Of a DNA stretch of 64,000 nt, positions 27,340 through 39,900 are shown in pieces. Where the stretch lies: NCBI RefSeq assembly GCF_009914755.1, contig NC_060932.1, one strand, 5' to 3'. The position numbers and the translations under genes are program-made. This DNA is from the human T2T-CHM13v2.0 reference genome, Homo sapiens. The notes under the pieces were generated by a model. That model was not told the origin of the DNA and did no database searches. It was given only the letters and a program-made list of their open reading frames with translations. How positions within the stretch are numbered: position 1 is the first letter of the stretch; every line of letters starts with the position of its first letter.

Positions 27340-28930
27340 TCAAATGTACTTGCTTCTCAATGCTACTGGGCTCTGTGTCTGGAAGGCTAATGTATGTGGA
27401 CAGATTGATGTACTACCATGTCTTTCAATGCCTTATTGGTATCAGCCATTAAAAGCTTCTGCAGAGCAAAATAAGCAAATCAACAGAGTAAACAGACAAC
27501 CCACAGACTGGGAGAAAATCTTCACCATCTACATATCTGACAAAGGACTAATATCCAGAATCTACAAGGAACTCAAACAAATTAGCAAGAAAAAAAGCAA
27601 ACAAGTGGGCTAAGGACATGAATAGAAAATTCTCAAAAGAAAATATACAAATGGCCAATAAACATATGAAAAAAGGCTCAACATCACTAATGATCAGGGA
27701 AATGTAAATTAAGACTACAATGTGATACCACTTTACTCCTGCAAGAATGGCCATAATCAAAAAATAATAAAAAATAATAGATATTTGTGGGGATGTGGTG
27801 AAAGGGAACATTTTTACACTGTTGGTGGGAATGTAAACTAGTACAATCACTGTGGAAAACAGTGTGGAGTGTCCTTAAAGAACTAAAAGTAGAACTACCA
27901 TTTACCATTTGATCCAGCAATCCCACTGCTGGGTATCTATCCAGAGGAAAAGAAATCATTATACAAAAAGATACTTGCACACACATGTTTATAGCAGCAC
28001 AATTTGCAATTGCAGAACTATAAAGCCAGCCTAAATGCTCATCAATCAATGAGACTGATTGATGGCACAATCAATTTATTGTGCCATCACAATGGCACAT
28101 GTAGTATTTCATGGTATAGTATTCCATGGTATTCCATGGATAGTATTTCATGAAATACTACTCAGCCATAAAAAGGAATGAAATAATGGCATTCGCAGCA
28201 ACCTGGGTGGATTTGGAGACCATTATTCTAAGTGAAATAACTCAAGAATATAAAACCAAACACCATATGTGCTCACTCATAAGTGGGAGCTAAGCTATGA
28301 GGATGCAAAGGCATAGGAAGGATACAATGCACTTTGGGGACTCAAAGGAAAGTTTGAGAGACAGGTGAGGGATACAAAAACGACAAATAGGGTACAGTGT
28401 ACCCTGCCCAGATGATGGGTGCACCAAAAATCTCAGGAATCACTCACTAAAGAACTTATCCATTTAACCAAACACCACCTCTTCCCCCAAAACCCATGGA
28501 AATAAAAAAAGTATAAAAATGAATAAATAAATAAAATTAGAAGGCAAATGACAAAAAAAGAGAATTTCAAATGTAAGGTTGGAGAGCAAGAAGAGTGAGC
28601 TCAGAGTACTTCTTCCCCGAGCTGCTTCCTTACCAGGTCATTGCAGGTCTTGGTGTCCCTCTACTGTATCTCAAAGCTTAGGTACGACTCACATTAGGGG
28701 ACCCTTTCCATATAGCAACTCACTTCAAGTTCCAGAAATCTCTCCTTCTTTGACCTTTAGGGATAGGGATGGAAACAATTCCTTGATGTTGCTAACCTTA
28801 GAGTATTTCACTATGCCTCACTGGCTTCTTTTTGACCATATCCAGTATAAATAATCCCTCAGTTAAACTCTTCTCAAATTACCGAGTTGAGTGCTCAATT
28901 TATTTCTTGATAGGACCCTGAAATATAAAT
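27340..28930 (+). mobile_element. LTR33 (ERVL) LTR split by L1PB (about 27340-27450 and 28560-28930)
   Basis: GCTCTGTGTCTGGAAGGCT..TCAGCCA | GAGAGCAAGAAGAGTGAGCTCAGAGTA...TAAATAATCCCTCAGTTAAACTCTTCTCAAATTACC..AGGACCCTGA. Confidence 0.65.
27450..28540 (+). mobile_element. L1PB1/2 3' fragment
   Basis: [18 protein letters not shown]2 end; 3'UTR GAGCTAAGCTATGAGGATGCAAAGGCATA...CCATGGAAATAAAAAAA. Confidence 0.88.
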
Positions 28931-29559
28931 ATTATGATAGGAACTATTATATACTAATGTGAATTTAAATTGCTAAAATTCCTTTGGGACATAAAGTGGA
29001 AAATGAGCATACTTTACAACTCAGTCATTTGACTTCTAGATTTATCTCTAGAAAAAAACTATAAAAATACTCTATGTAGCAACTTTTATAGCAGAAAAAA
29101 ATGGAAAATCCAAATGTCAACCAAAATGGAATGGATAAATTACTTATTCTTAGAGTGGGATGGACTAATGTTACATTCAGCAACAAAAATGTGGTGTTGA
29201 ACGTACAAAAAGTACAGGAGATAGCAAACGATAAGTCCAAACCAATACATTTATGAAACATTTAAAAATAAGCAAACTTAAAAATACAATATTTAGTTAA
29301 CTTAAAAATGCAGTACACCTATGAGAAAAGTATGATTTGATTAATACAGAAAGGTATTTGTTTTTTGGAGAAAGAAGAAGCTTAAGGTTTGTGATAATTT
29401 TCTGTTTATTAAATTTGGTGTTAAGTACATAGGTGTTTACTTTACTTTTATTATTTAAACTGTACATATCTGCTATATATAGTCATATTTTGATGATTTT
29501 TGCAACAAATACAAGAAAGAAATATAAAGATAGAAAGCAAACAAGTAAAGTTGTTTGTC

Positions 29560-29695
29560 TGGGGGAAAGACCTTGTCTTATTTGTTTTGTGATTCCCTAT
29601 GACTAATACAATACCTGATATATAACAGGTAATCAATTAATATGGGCTTTAAAAGAGAATGAATAAAAGAAAGAATGAATGAATAGTTAAATGAA
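29560..29695 (+). mobile_element. L2 3' end
   Basis: GACCTTGTCTTATTTG...ACCTGATATATAACAGG...GAATGAATGAAT tail. Confidence 0.6.
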
Positions 29696-29774
29696 ATATG
29701 TCCAGGGAGCAGTCTCTGTCTAACAAACACTAAGAATTTAGTCTTTGAAGTAAATGGCTGAAAGAAACCTGCAA

Positions 29775-29965
29775 TATGAATTAAGAGCACAGATTTGATT
29801 ACTAAAGGTCTGACCACCAAATAGCTTAAATATTCCTCAGTCTCCTATCTGAAAAACTGTGATAAAAATTATTCCTCCCTTATAGTTTATGAAAAATGAG
29901 TGAGCAAATACTTATAAATAGCTTGGAACTCTATCCAGAATATAATAACTGATATGTATGTTTAT
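29775..29965 (+). mobile_element. MIR relic
   Basis: CCTCAGTCTCCTATCTGAAAAA core. Confidence 0.55.
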
Positions 29966-30787
29966 TACAGGTGTAACTGTGGATTCACTTATATTTTTGA
30001 TTCTATTTCCCAACACCAGGCATAAGGGTTTATTATTCTTGAGATTCTTAAAAGCAACAATATACTTACAGAACAACTTAAACTTAGTAAGATCCCAGGT
30101 AGTCTGAATGTTCAATTATGTATCTCTATTTTATTTTCCTATTATTTTACACGTAACCATCCTTACTAAAGTAGTGTCTAGAAGGTTGTGCCTATGTTTT
30201 CTCAAATATGAAGCAAATAAAACAGAATGCCATTATTTGTTAGTAAGAAATGGAGTGAATGCTTTTCTCTAAAAATACCCGTGAAAATTTTAATAAATAC
30301 TCAGTCATTAAATGTTAATCAGTCAAACATACTGCCATTTACTCCATTTCATGTTTCTCAGTCCTTGAAAATCACAGTCCAATAATAGAAAAAAAAAACA
30401 AAAACAGATGCTGAAAGAGCTCTGGCAAGGTTAGAGAGACAAAAGTATTTTCATTCCCCAAATCCAAAATATCCATTCTAAGGATGAATATGTAGGGCGT
30501 AAATACAATGGTGTCTATGACACTAGTCACCATCATAGAGATATAAAAAATTTCCAGATTTCACATCCTGTGTGCCAAAATGTCAGCAATTCTTAGCGCG
30601 GCTTGTAAGTGGGAAATTATGTCCTCTCACTTCCCTATCTGTTCCCCCAGTACAGATATCTTTGAGAGGGCAATTCTCCTAATCTTTAATAATTCCAAGA
30701 AGAGTCCCTTCAGATTCACTGAATGACCCTCTTGATGTTCAATACTCCGGAAATTTTTACTTCTGCTGAGAAACATATAAAATAAAT

Positions 30788-30985
30788 AATGATAACTAAC
30801 ATTTTATTAGGCATCTACTATATACCAAACACTGAACTAAGCTGTTTACATGCACAATTCCATTTAACATTTAAAATAACTCTATTATTCCCTCCATTTA
30901 ATGGATGAAAACACTGAGATGACAAACCTAGAAGGTGGTGGAACCACAATTGAAACAATCTGCATCACTACAATGCCCATGCTTA
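30788..30985 (-). mobile_element. MIR relic
   Basis: AACATTTTATTAGGCATCTACTATATACCAAACACTG...GATGAAAACACTGAG. Confidence 0.65.
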
Positions 30986-31231
30986 TACCAATCAACTAAA
31001 AGAGATGGAAGGGAGCAAATACTTCACCGATTCATGCCCACCTTACTAGGAAACTGTGCAAGTTACCGAAGACAAGAGTACTGTCCTATACATAGGGCTC
31101 TCAAGGATTATTCACTGGAGTTTGGAGAGACCAGGTTGGAAACCTGCCCTTACCTCTGATATGTATACACATATGTACAAATTATTTTCTTTTCTTATCT
31201 AACAAATGTTATTTTTACCCTCAAACATGTA

Positions 31232-31600
31232 ACTTTGTATTTTAACAATAATGTTTGTACATATTTATAGAATATGTAACATTTTGTTACATGAATAAAA
31301 TGTGTAATAATCTAGGCAGGGTATTTAGTATATTCATTACCTCAAGCATGTATAATTTTATGTGTTGGGAACATTTAAAATTCTCTTTTCTAGCTATTTT
31401 GAAATATACAATATATTGTTGCTAATTATAGTTACCTTGCTGTGCTATGGAGCATTAGAAAGTATCCCCTCTACCTAACTGTATGTTCTTACCAATTAGT
31501 CAACCTTTCTTCATTCTCTGTCCCACCCTAGCCCCCTTGACACATCCTTCCCAGCCTTTGGTATCTATCATTCTACCTGCTACCTCCAGAAGATTAACTG
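31232..31600 (-). mobile_element. L1MA4/5-like 3'UTR fragment
   Basis: CTAGCTATTTTGAAATATACAATATATTGTTGCTAATTATAGTTACC. Confidence 0.8.
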
Positions 31601-33554
31601 GAGGTTAATTATTTTTAAACAGCAACCAGGATCTTTATTGTAAGAGCTGAATTTTTAAAAAGGTATCATTTTTACAACAAGACATGCCACGTAAAATCTG
31701 GATTTAGATAAATATTTCAGTATGTAGCATAATTTCCATCAACTGACGATCTGTCTATTCTCCTAGTACCTGAGCTGGAATTTAGCAGACCAACTTCTCT
31801 AGACCAAGTCATCATAGACATACTTACCTGGTTATTGGAGGATTCTCCAGGATGTCTGAACAATTTTCTCTTTCACAGGATAGAATTCACTGATTATTTT
31901 AACAAAAGAGGAGTATTTTAAAAGAAATGAAAAATTTATACAGGTATGAGTACTCATTCAAGAAGATAATACAGAATTTGCCACCTCATAAGACTACTTG
32001 GGAAGTGGATCAATCATATGTAATAATTTTCATGTTCTGAGGGGCAGTGGAAGAAAATTGCAGGAAGTTACGAAAGTCAGTAAATAAAATGGTGTAGCTA
32101 CTGTCCCCTTGCTGGATACACAGAATAGAATCATGTCACCTGGGCTGTGTGGGAAGATTAGAATAAAGTAACTATAGAAAAGATTGGGAGTCGGAAGAAG
32201 AGAATGGCTATAGGAATAACACATGAGGAGAAGCAGAGTCCCACAGAAATCAGCTCAATTTCAGAGGCCCACATTGTTGTAACGAATCAGTCTAGCACTG
32301 AGAAACATGTGGTGAACAAACCGAAGCCAGAATACTATGTACAGTAATTTACTTGCTGGAGAGCCACTGCAGCTCTGGCTTTTCCTGTTGTCTGACTCCT
32401 GTGATTGCTACCTATTGATTATTCAGTGAAGTAGAAGAGATCTTCACACTTCCTCTAAAACTTTGATGAGTCTTACCAGAACCGCCCTATGTGGACACCC
32501 TATCCCCTTTCAAAAACATCTAAAACAGATGTTGGAATCTTGGCATCCAGAGAGGCAGTGGTAGAGAACAAATATCCAACACCAATATATTGGTGAGAAG
32601 GAACAGAGATAGCAGCACATGGCCCTCTGCAGTGCCCTTTTCCCAGGGCTAACGCATGTTTGAAGGCTGGCATTACCTGTTTCCTACACAGGGTCAGGGC
32701 AGGAATACATATGAGAATAATCCTGTGCCGATACAACTTTCATGTACTTTCTCCCTCTGTACTGTGACATTTTATTTGCATGGCCTATCGTATAGCTTAA
32801 AATTTAGGACACTGTTTTCCTCATAAATTTAGAAACAGCACCTTCAAAGTAATTCAATATATTGTCTATATGGAGAGAGTCATTTTGTACTGAGGATTAT
32901 TAATTAGGTGTCTGTGAATTACAATGGGCTTTGCGCTTTAGTAGTCCTATGTTTAGAAAAAAATGACATTTCCCTGGAGGAGTCAGAACAATGGTTGCAG
33001 CAGCTGAAAGGAGGTCTTACAATCAAGTCTTATTTTTAATGTAAATTTCTATCAAATACTCAACAATACCACCTACTTGCACTAGCCTCTTGCTGGTCAT
33101 TAAGATAAGAAAGCATAAAAAAATTTTAATAGAAATATTAAAGTTAATTAATATAATGATTAAAATTTAAAATGGAATAAACCAAAAGCTTTTTTAAAAT
33201 AAAATTAAAGAAGTATAAATAAACAAATGGAAACCATTACACTATCAATAAGATAAAATAAATAACACTGGTAGTAGAGGTTAAAAATGAAAATAAATAA
33301 ATAAGAAATGAAATATAATCAATAAAATGTTTTTATATTTTCAAAGGAATAAAATTTGTTAAAAATGGAAAAAAAATGCATAGTAAAATTTAATACATAG
33401 AAACTAAGTCAAAATCATTAATTATAAAGCAATACATTTTGAAAAGTATAAAATAAACAAAATATTAATATGGAAATATGTGGATAACCAGAAGATTATA
33501 AAGATATATTGTAAAATATAGTAAAAGAAGCAGAAGAAAACCAGTTAAAGTAGC

Positions 33555-33715
33555 ATATTTATCTCACCATAAAAAAATTACGGGTAAGGAAGCTGATGGG
33601 TATGTTAATAAGTTTGATTTAATCAGTACACATTGTATACATACATCATTGTATCATATTTTATCCCAAAAGCATATACAATTAAACTTTTTCAATCAAA
33701 ATTAAAATATAAACA
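33555..33715 (+). mobile_element. L1MA 3' terminal fragment
   Basis: TGATGGGTATGTTAATAAGTTTGATTTAATC...ACATTGTATACATACATCA. Confidence 0.65.
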
Positions 33716-35013
33716 TAAAATTTGAAAGTAAATATTGAAAAAATATAAGGCTTGATATGGTCAGTGCCTTTAGAGACAAAAATAATAAATTAATAGCTTT
33801 CTTTTTTTATAGACTTAACATAAATATAACAACAGTTCATTCAACAGCCAGTACAAGTACCTACTCTGTGCTTCTCATGCTTTCTTGAAAAACAAAGCAA
33901 AATGAAAAAAGGATGTCACCAAAAGCATAGAAATAGTTAGTTAATTTTGTGGTTTATAATGTATTGTTACTTTTATGGTGTATTATATAGTCAAAGTAGT
34001 CTATTTGTTTTTACTCTAATATGTGATCAAATTTTCAGAAATAGAGGTAATTCAAGATGGTGAATTATCTTTTAAAAAGAAAAGAAAAAGGATAAGTATA
34101 ACAAAATGTAATGAAACAATTCTTAGACACAAAACTATATAATGAAATATACCCTTCATAAGATGGGGGTGGAGGAGGGAAGAAAAGCAGTGAGTCGGTT
34201 AAGTGCATAGAGTTTTCTAGGGTGGAAACATCATTGAGCTCTGAGTCCCCAGTGGTTAAAGATGCTCTGGTTAGAGAACAATAGAAGACCTTTAACTTCT
34301 TTGCCTTTCACCTTTACTAAGCTGCTGATGCAAGGCTGTCTTTTGCAGCACTTGTCAAGTAAGGGCTAAGTCCCTTCAGCTGGCCCGATCATGTGTACAC
34401 GTCAGCTCAGTAGCATTGTCCTGTAATACACATGAACATACGCGTGACAGAGCACACTTAGGGAAAGAAAACGTATGTTTCAAAAAGACGAGCGTGAGCC
34501 AGTGAATTAGGACGTGTTAATCAAGTTTCCTAATCTCTCTTTTTCTAGTTAGAGAGGATAGTGGAGAAAAGGAGGAGAGGGGTGGGAAGAAGAGAAGAGA
34601 AGGAGCAGTTATTAATTTAATTTTTCTTCTATTAATAAAAACATTAAATAAAGAAGGAAACTCATACACCACAGCATCCTATTCTCTGGACTCGAGCCAT
34701 TATTCTTAACATTGATTTCTCTGTCTGTGTCCTGTAGCCTGGTTGTAGCTGTCTTTTAGAGAGCTTTTTCATTGAAGGAGAAATAAATGACCCTACAACA
34801 AAATATTATTGCTGTGGCCCATCAAAAACATTGTTAATTGGAATTAGCTTTAGAGTCAAAGGACCACTGCCATTATGTATTTTGTAGAGATAATTACTTA
34901 AGTAAGAGAAAAAGAGATATTTCCAAAACTTCCTTTTCATCCAGCTTTGCATACCCTTGCCCCTTTTCTGTTGTTAGGGTAGATTATATGCCAACATCAT
35001 ATTATTAAGAAAA

Positions 35014-35273
35014 TCACTCCTGTAATTCCAACACTTTGGGAGGTTGAGGTGGGTGGATCGCCTGAGGTCAGGAGTTTGAGACCAGATTGACCAAGATGGT
35101 GAAACCCCCTCTCTACTAAATATACAAAAATTAGCCAGGTGTGGTGGTATGTGCCTGTATTCCCAGCTATGCGGGAGGCTGAGACAGAATTATTTGAACC
35201 CGGGAAGCAGAGGTCGCAATGAGCCGAGATAGCGCCACTGCACTGCAGCATGGCTCACAGAGCAAGACAGTCT

Positions 35274-35325
<52 letters not shown>

Positions 35326-35342
35326 GAAAGAAAGAGAGAAGG
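35014..35342 (+). mobile_element. AluS (Sx/Sq-like), slightly 5'-truncated, with an A37 plus GAAA-type tail
   Basis: Alu dimer; TSD AGAAAATCA at 35008-35016 and 35343-35351. Confidence 0.95.
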
Positions 35343-36909
35343 AGAAAATCAGAGATGCTAAAACACTTTCCCAAAAACTTCTGAGATTTTGTCAGCCCCC
35401 TCTTGCTGCTGCCATAGATGACCCTGCGTTTTATGCCCAAAGGTTGTTATGAAGGAAACGTCAGCACTGAGACATAGCATATTTTTCAGTCTCCCTCTTC
35501 CCCAATAAACTAAACTATAAAGTTAAATATGCAGAGTAAGTCAAAATATTGTTAGCCTAGCAGTTCTGCAAATTCAGGCAAAAACAGGACAATTAACATG
35601 ACATTTGATTTAAAGAACAGTAACTCTGGGCCATGAGTTATCTCTATTTTTTCTAACGCTATACATTTGACAACTTTTCCTTTCCCTGTATGCAGTCTTG
35701 ACAATAATCAAGATAGAACCACATAAAAGCTTACCATGCTTTTGTTTTAGTATATGTTGCTCTTATGATATAAAATTCACTTTCAGGTTGCTACTAGAAG
35801 CAATACCAGTTTTATTTTTACAATAATACTACTTTTTAGAAAATACATTGATGCACATAATTGTAATAGAAAAAAAACTAATATAGTTTCAGCTCTCTTT
35901 CTGAACATGGCAATCTGGGTTATCTGCTAATTGAATAATTTCAACTCTGCATCTTGACCTTAATCAATTAATTAATATTCATTCAATACCATGATATATC
36001 CATCCACTAGTTAGCAGATTCAGAAGTTTAAGACTAAGTTCCTGCCTCCGAAGAGAATATAATTGTAATAATGAAGCAAAACAAACCTAAAAAATAACTG
36101 TAATACATGGTTAATTACTTAAAAGTTTCAGGTTCAAAACTTGATACCAAGCAATTCCACAGGGCAGGGAAAGATAGCACAATTGCTCTCATCTCCATTC
36201 TTCAGTCCAGAGTTTTGATGAAAGATAAACATGCATAAAAATACTTTCTTGATGTGGTCTACTTCTCCCTTATTCATAAGAAGCTACATCTCAATACTCT
36301 TTTCTCCCTCACTTACATCTTCCTTTGGTTCTTGACTAGGTAAATATCTTAGGCTATTTTCAGGCTCTCTGATCTTTTATATAAATTAGTAAGCTTTCGA
36401 ATAGCCACACATTTCTTTTGTCATATTATCAGTTTGGGAGGGAGACTGACGTAAGAAAATGATCAGAAAGAGGAAGAGAAACTGGCTAAGGAAGAACCAA
36501 TGCTGACTCAGTCTTCCTTCCTCCCAGTCCCATCCCGAGTAAACAATAGGTAATCGTGTGCTATTAGCTTTAATAGTGTGCTTTAATTTACCCTTTCTTA
36601 ATAGATAAAGATTATTGAGGTCCACTTTTAATATGTCAATTATAAAATTATTTAATGCAATTAAGAATGTATCTGGAAGTAAGAGGTATTATTTCAAAGC
36701 AAAAAAAAAAAAAAGGAAAAAATCTGTGAGTATGTGAAATATGAGAATACACAAACAAATGTGGCAAATACCGTTGCATATATAGTGTTTTAACTCCAAG
36801 TATCATATTCCAGTCTTGCTTAGGCACTTACACTGCTTTTATATTTAGAACTTGGGTTTATACTCTGTGATGCTGTCCACCAGATGGATCCAGAACCCTA
36901 GTTCAAATA

Positions 36910-39900
36910 CAGTTCACCCTTTAACAATGCAGGAGTTAGGGACACTGACTCCCCTGTGCAGTCAAAATCTATGTATAATTTTTGACTCTCCAAAAATTTA
37001 ATTACTAATAGCTTACTGTTTACTGGAAGCCTTACCAATAACATAAATAGTTGATTAACACAGATTTTGTATATTATATGTACTATATACAATATTCATG
37101 AAATAAAGTAAGCAAAATAGAAAATGTCTAAGAAAATCATAAGGAAAAAGAAATATACAGTATTTACTATTTATTAAGTAGAAGTGGATCATCCTAAATT
37201 TCTTCATCTTCATTGTCTTCACATTGAGATAGGGTAAGGAGGAAGAGAAAAGGAGGAGTTGGTCTTTCTGCCTCAGGAGTGACGCAGGCAGAAGAGTTGA
37301 AGGACATGAAAGGGGAGGCAGGAGAAACAGGCATACTCTGTGTGTCTTTATAGAAATACATTGTAATTTCTGTCTGACTTTTTTTTCATTTCTCTAAAAA
37401 TGTTTCTATATATTACCAATTCTTCCACTGTTTGCTTTAGTTTCAGTGCACATATCATAGAAGAGTCCCTGTTGTAAAAGAAATCAAATACAGTCTTAAA
37501 TAATTGAAATCCTTCTGCTAGATGTCTAATGTCAGTTTGTTTTCTTGTACTACTTCTTTTATGTCTTCTTCCTCATCATCTGGCATTGGTTCAAAAGCAC
37601 TCATCTCCATCAAGTTGTCTTCTGCAAATTCCTCTGGTGTAGTTTCTATTAGGTCTTGAATTTCTTCAAGATCTGTATCTTGAAACTCTTCATTCCATTC
37701 CACCTTTTTTGGCAAACCCACAATATCGTCTGAATTCCTTGATTGATTCTGTTGTAAATCCTGTGAAAGCACACACATCTGGACACAGTTTTCTCCAGCA
37801 GGAATTTATTATTGGCTTGATGACTTTTATGTTTTTTCTTAAATAGTGTATCTTCCAGACTTTCATGATGTTCTAAGTTCTTTTCCATAGCATTGAAAAT
37901 CTTTTTTTATAGAGTATTGTGTGTAATGAGCCTTAAAAGTCCTTATGACCCCTGATTTAGAGGCTAAATTAGAGAGGTTGTGTTTACGGGCAAGTAGACA
38001 ACTTCCATGTCTTTGGTGTTGATCTCCTGGATCTCTGGGTGGTCAGAGGCATTGTCAGTATCAAAAGAAATTTAAAAGGATGTCCCTTGCTGTCAAGGTA
38101 TTTCCTGACTTCAGGGACAAAGCATCAATCCAGAAAATGGGTTCTCATCTTCCAGGCCTTCTTTTTGTATGACCAAAAGACTGACAGCTGGTGCTATATT
38201 GTTTCCCTTCAAGGATGGGGGGTTGGGGGTGGGTAGCAGCTTTACAGATTTGAGAAGTTCTGATTATAAACTCAACTGCATTTGCACAAAACAGTAGAGT
38301 TAGCCTATCCGTTCCTTTTTCCTGTCCAAAAATACAATTTTTGTCCTTACTAATAAATGTTATATGTTGCAATTTGTTTCCACAATAGGGAAATTTATTT
38401 TTTAATTTTTAATTTTGTGGGTACATAGTAGGTATATATACTTATGGGTTACATGAGACTTTTTAATACAGACATGCAAGGCATAATAATCACATCATAG
38501 TAAATGGAGAATCCATCCCCTCACACATTTATTCTTTGTGTTACAAACAACCAATTATACTGTGTTATTTTAAAATGTACAATTAAATTATTATTGACTA
38601 TAGTTACCCTATTGTGCTATCAAATAGTGGATCCTATTCATCCTGTCTAACCATGTTTTTGAGCCCATTAACCATCTCAATTTCCCACACCACCTGACAA
38701 CACTTTCCAGGCTCTGGCAACCATCTTTCTACACTCTCTTTCCATGAGTCCAATTGTTTTAATAATTTTAGTTCCCACAAATAAGTGAGAACATGTGAAG
38801 TTTGTCTTTCTGTGTCTGGCTTATTTCACTTCACAAAATGACCTCCAGTTCCATCCATATTGTGGCAAATTGCTGAAACTCATTCATTCTTGTTTATGGC
38901 TGAATAGTACTCCATTGTATTTATGTATCACATTTTCTTTATCCATTCATCTGTTGATGGATACTTAGGTTGCTTCCAATTCTTAGCTAATGTGAATAGT
39001 CCTGCAATAAACATGGGAATGCAGGTATCTCTTTGATATACTGATTTTCTTTCCTTTGGGTGTATTAGCTCTCATTTTAGTTTTTTGAGGAATCTCCACA
39101 CTGTTCTCTATAGCAGTTATATTAATCCGCATTCCCATGAACAGTGTATGGGGATTTCCTTTTCTCCACATCCTCACCAGCATTTGTTATTGCCTGTATT
39201 TTGGATATAAGCCATTTTAGCTAGGGTGAGACAATATCTCATTGTAGTTTTGATTTGCATTTCTCTTATTATCAACAATGTTGAGCACCTTTTTATATGC
39301 CTGTTTGCCACTCATATGTATTCTTTTGAGGAATAACTATTAATATAGTTTGCCCATTTTAAAATTGGATTATTAGATTTTTTCCTATAGAGTTGTTTGA
39401 GCTCCTTATATATTCTGGTTATTAATCCCTTGTCAGATGGGTAGTTTGCAAATATTTTCTCCCATTCTGTGGACTGTCTCTTTACTTTGTTGATTGTTTC
39501 CTTTGCTGTGCAGAATTTTCTAACTTGATGTGATCCCATTTGTCCATTTTTGCTTTGGTTTCCTGTGCTTGTGGGGTATTACTCAAGAAATCTTTGCCAG
39601 AACTATGTCCTGGAGATTTTTCTGAATGTTTTCTTCTAGTAGTTTCATAGTTTCAGGTTTTAGATTTAAGTCTTTAATCATTTTGATTTGATTTTTGTAT
39701 ATGGCAAGAGATAGGATTCTAGTTTCATTATTCTGCAAATAGATATCCAGTTTTCCCAGAACCATTTATTGAAAAGACTGTCTTTTACCCAATGTATGTC
39801 TTTGGCAACTTTGTCAAAAATGAGTTCACTGTAGATGTATGGATTTGTTTCTGGGTTCTGCATTCTGTTCCATTGATCTATTTCTCTGTTTTTATGTCAG

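Larger units (their letters stand above)
26150..29500 (+). mobile_element. Ancient L1ME-like element interrupted by LTR33 (about 26150-27335 and 28930-29500)
   Basis: Degenerate ORF2 (TTAGAATTAAGAGATTTTTTCAAGGTTGC..; GAAATTTGACAAGTTAATTCTAAA) resumes after 28930 with 3' motifs (GGAAAATCCAAATGTC..GAATGGATAAATT). Confidence 0.65.

Noticed and set aside
31020-32800. Possible very old DNA-transposon or LTR relics around the L1MA fragment
   Set aside because: Only vague resemblance; I could not assign a family or boundaries without an HMM search.
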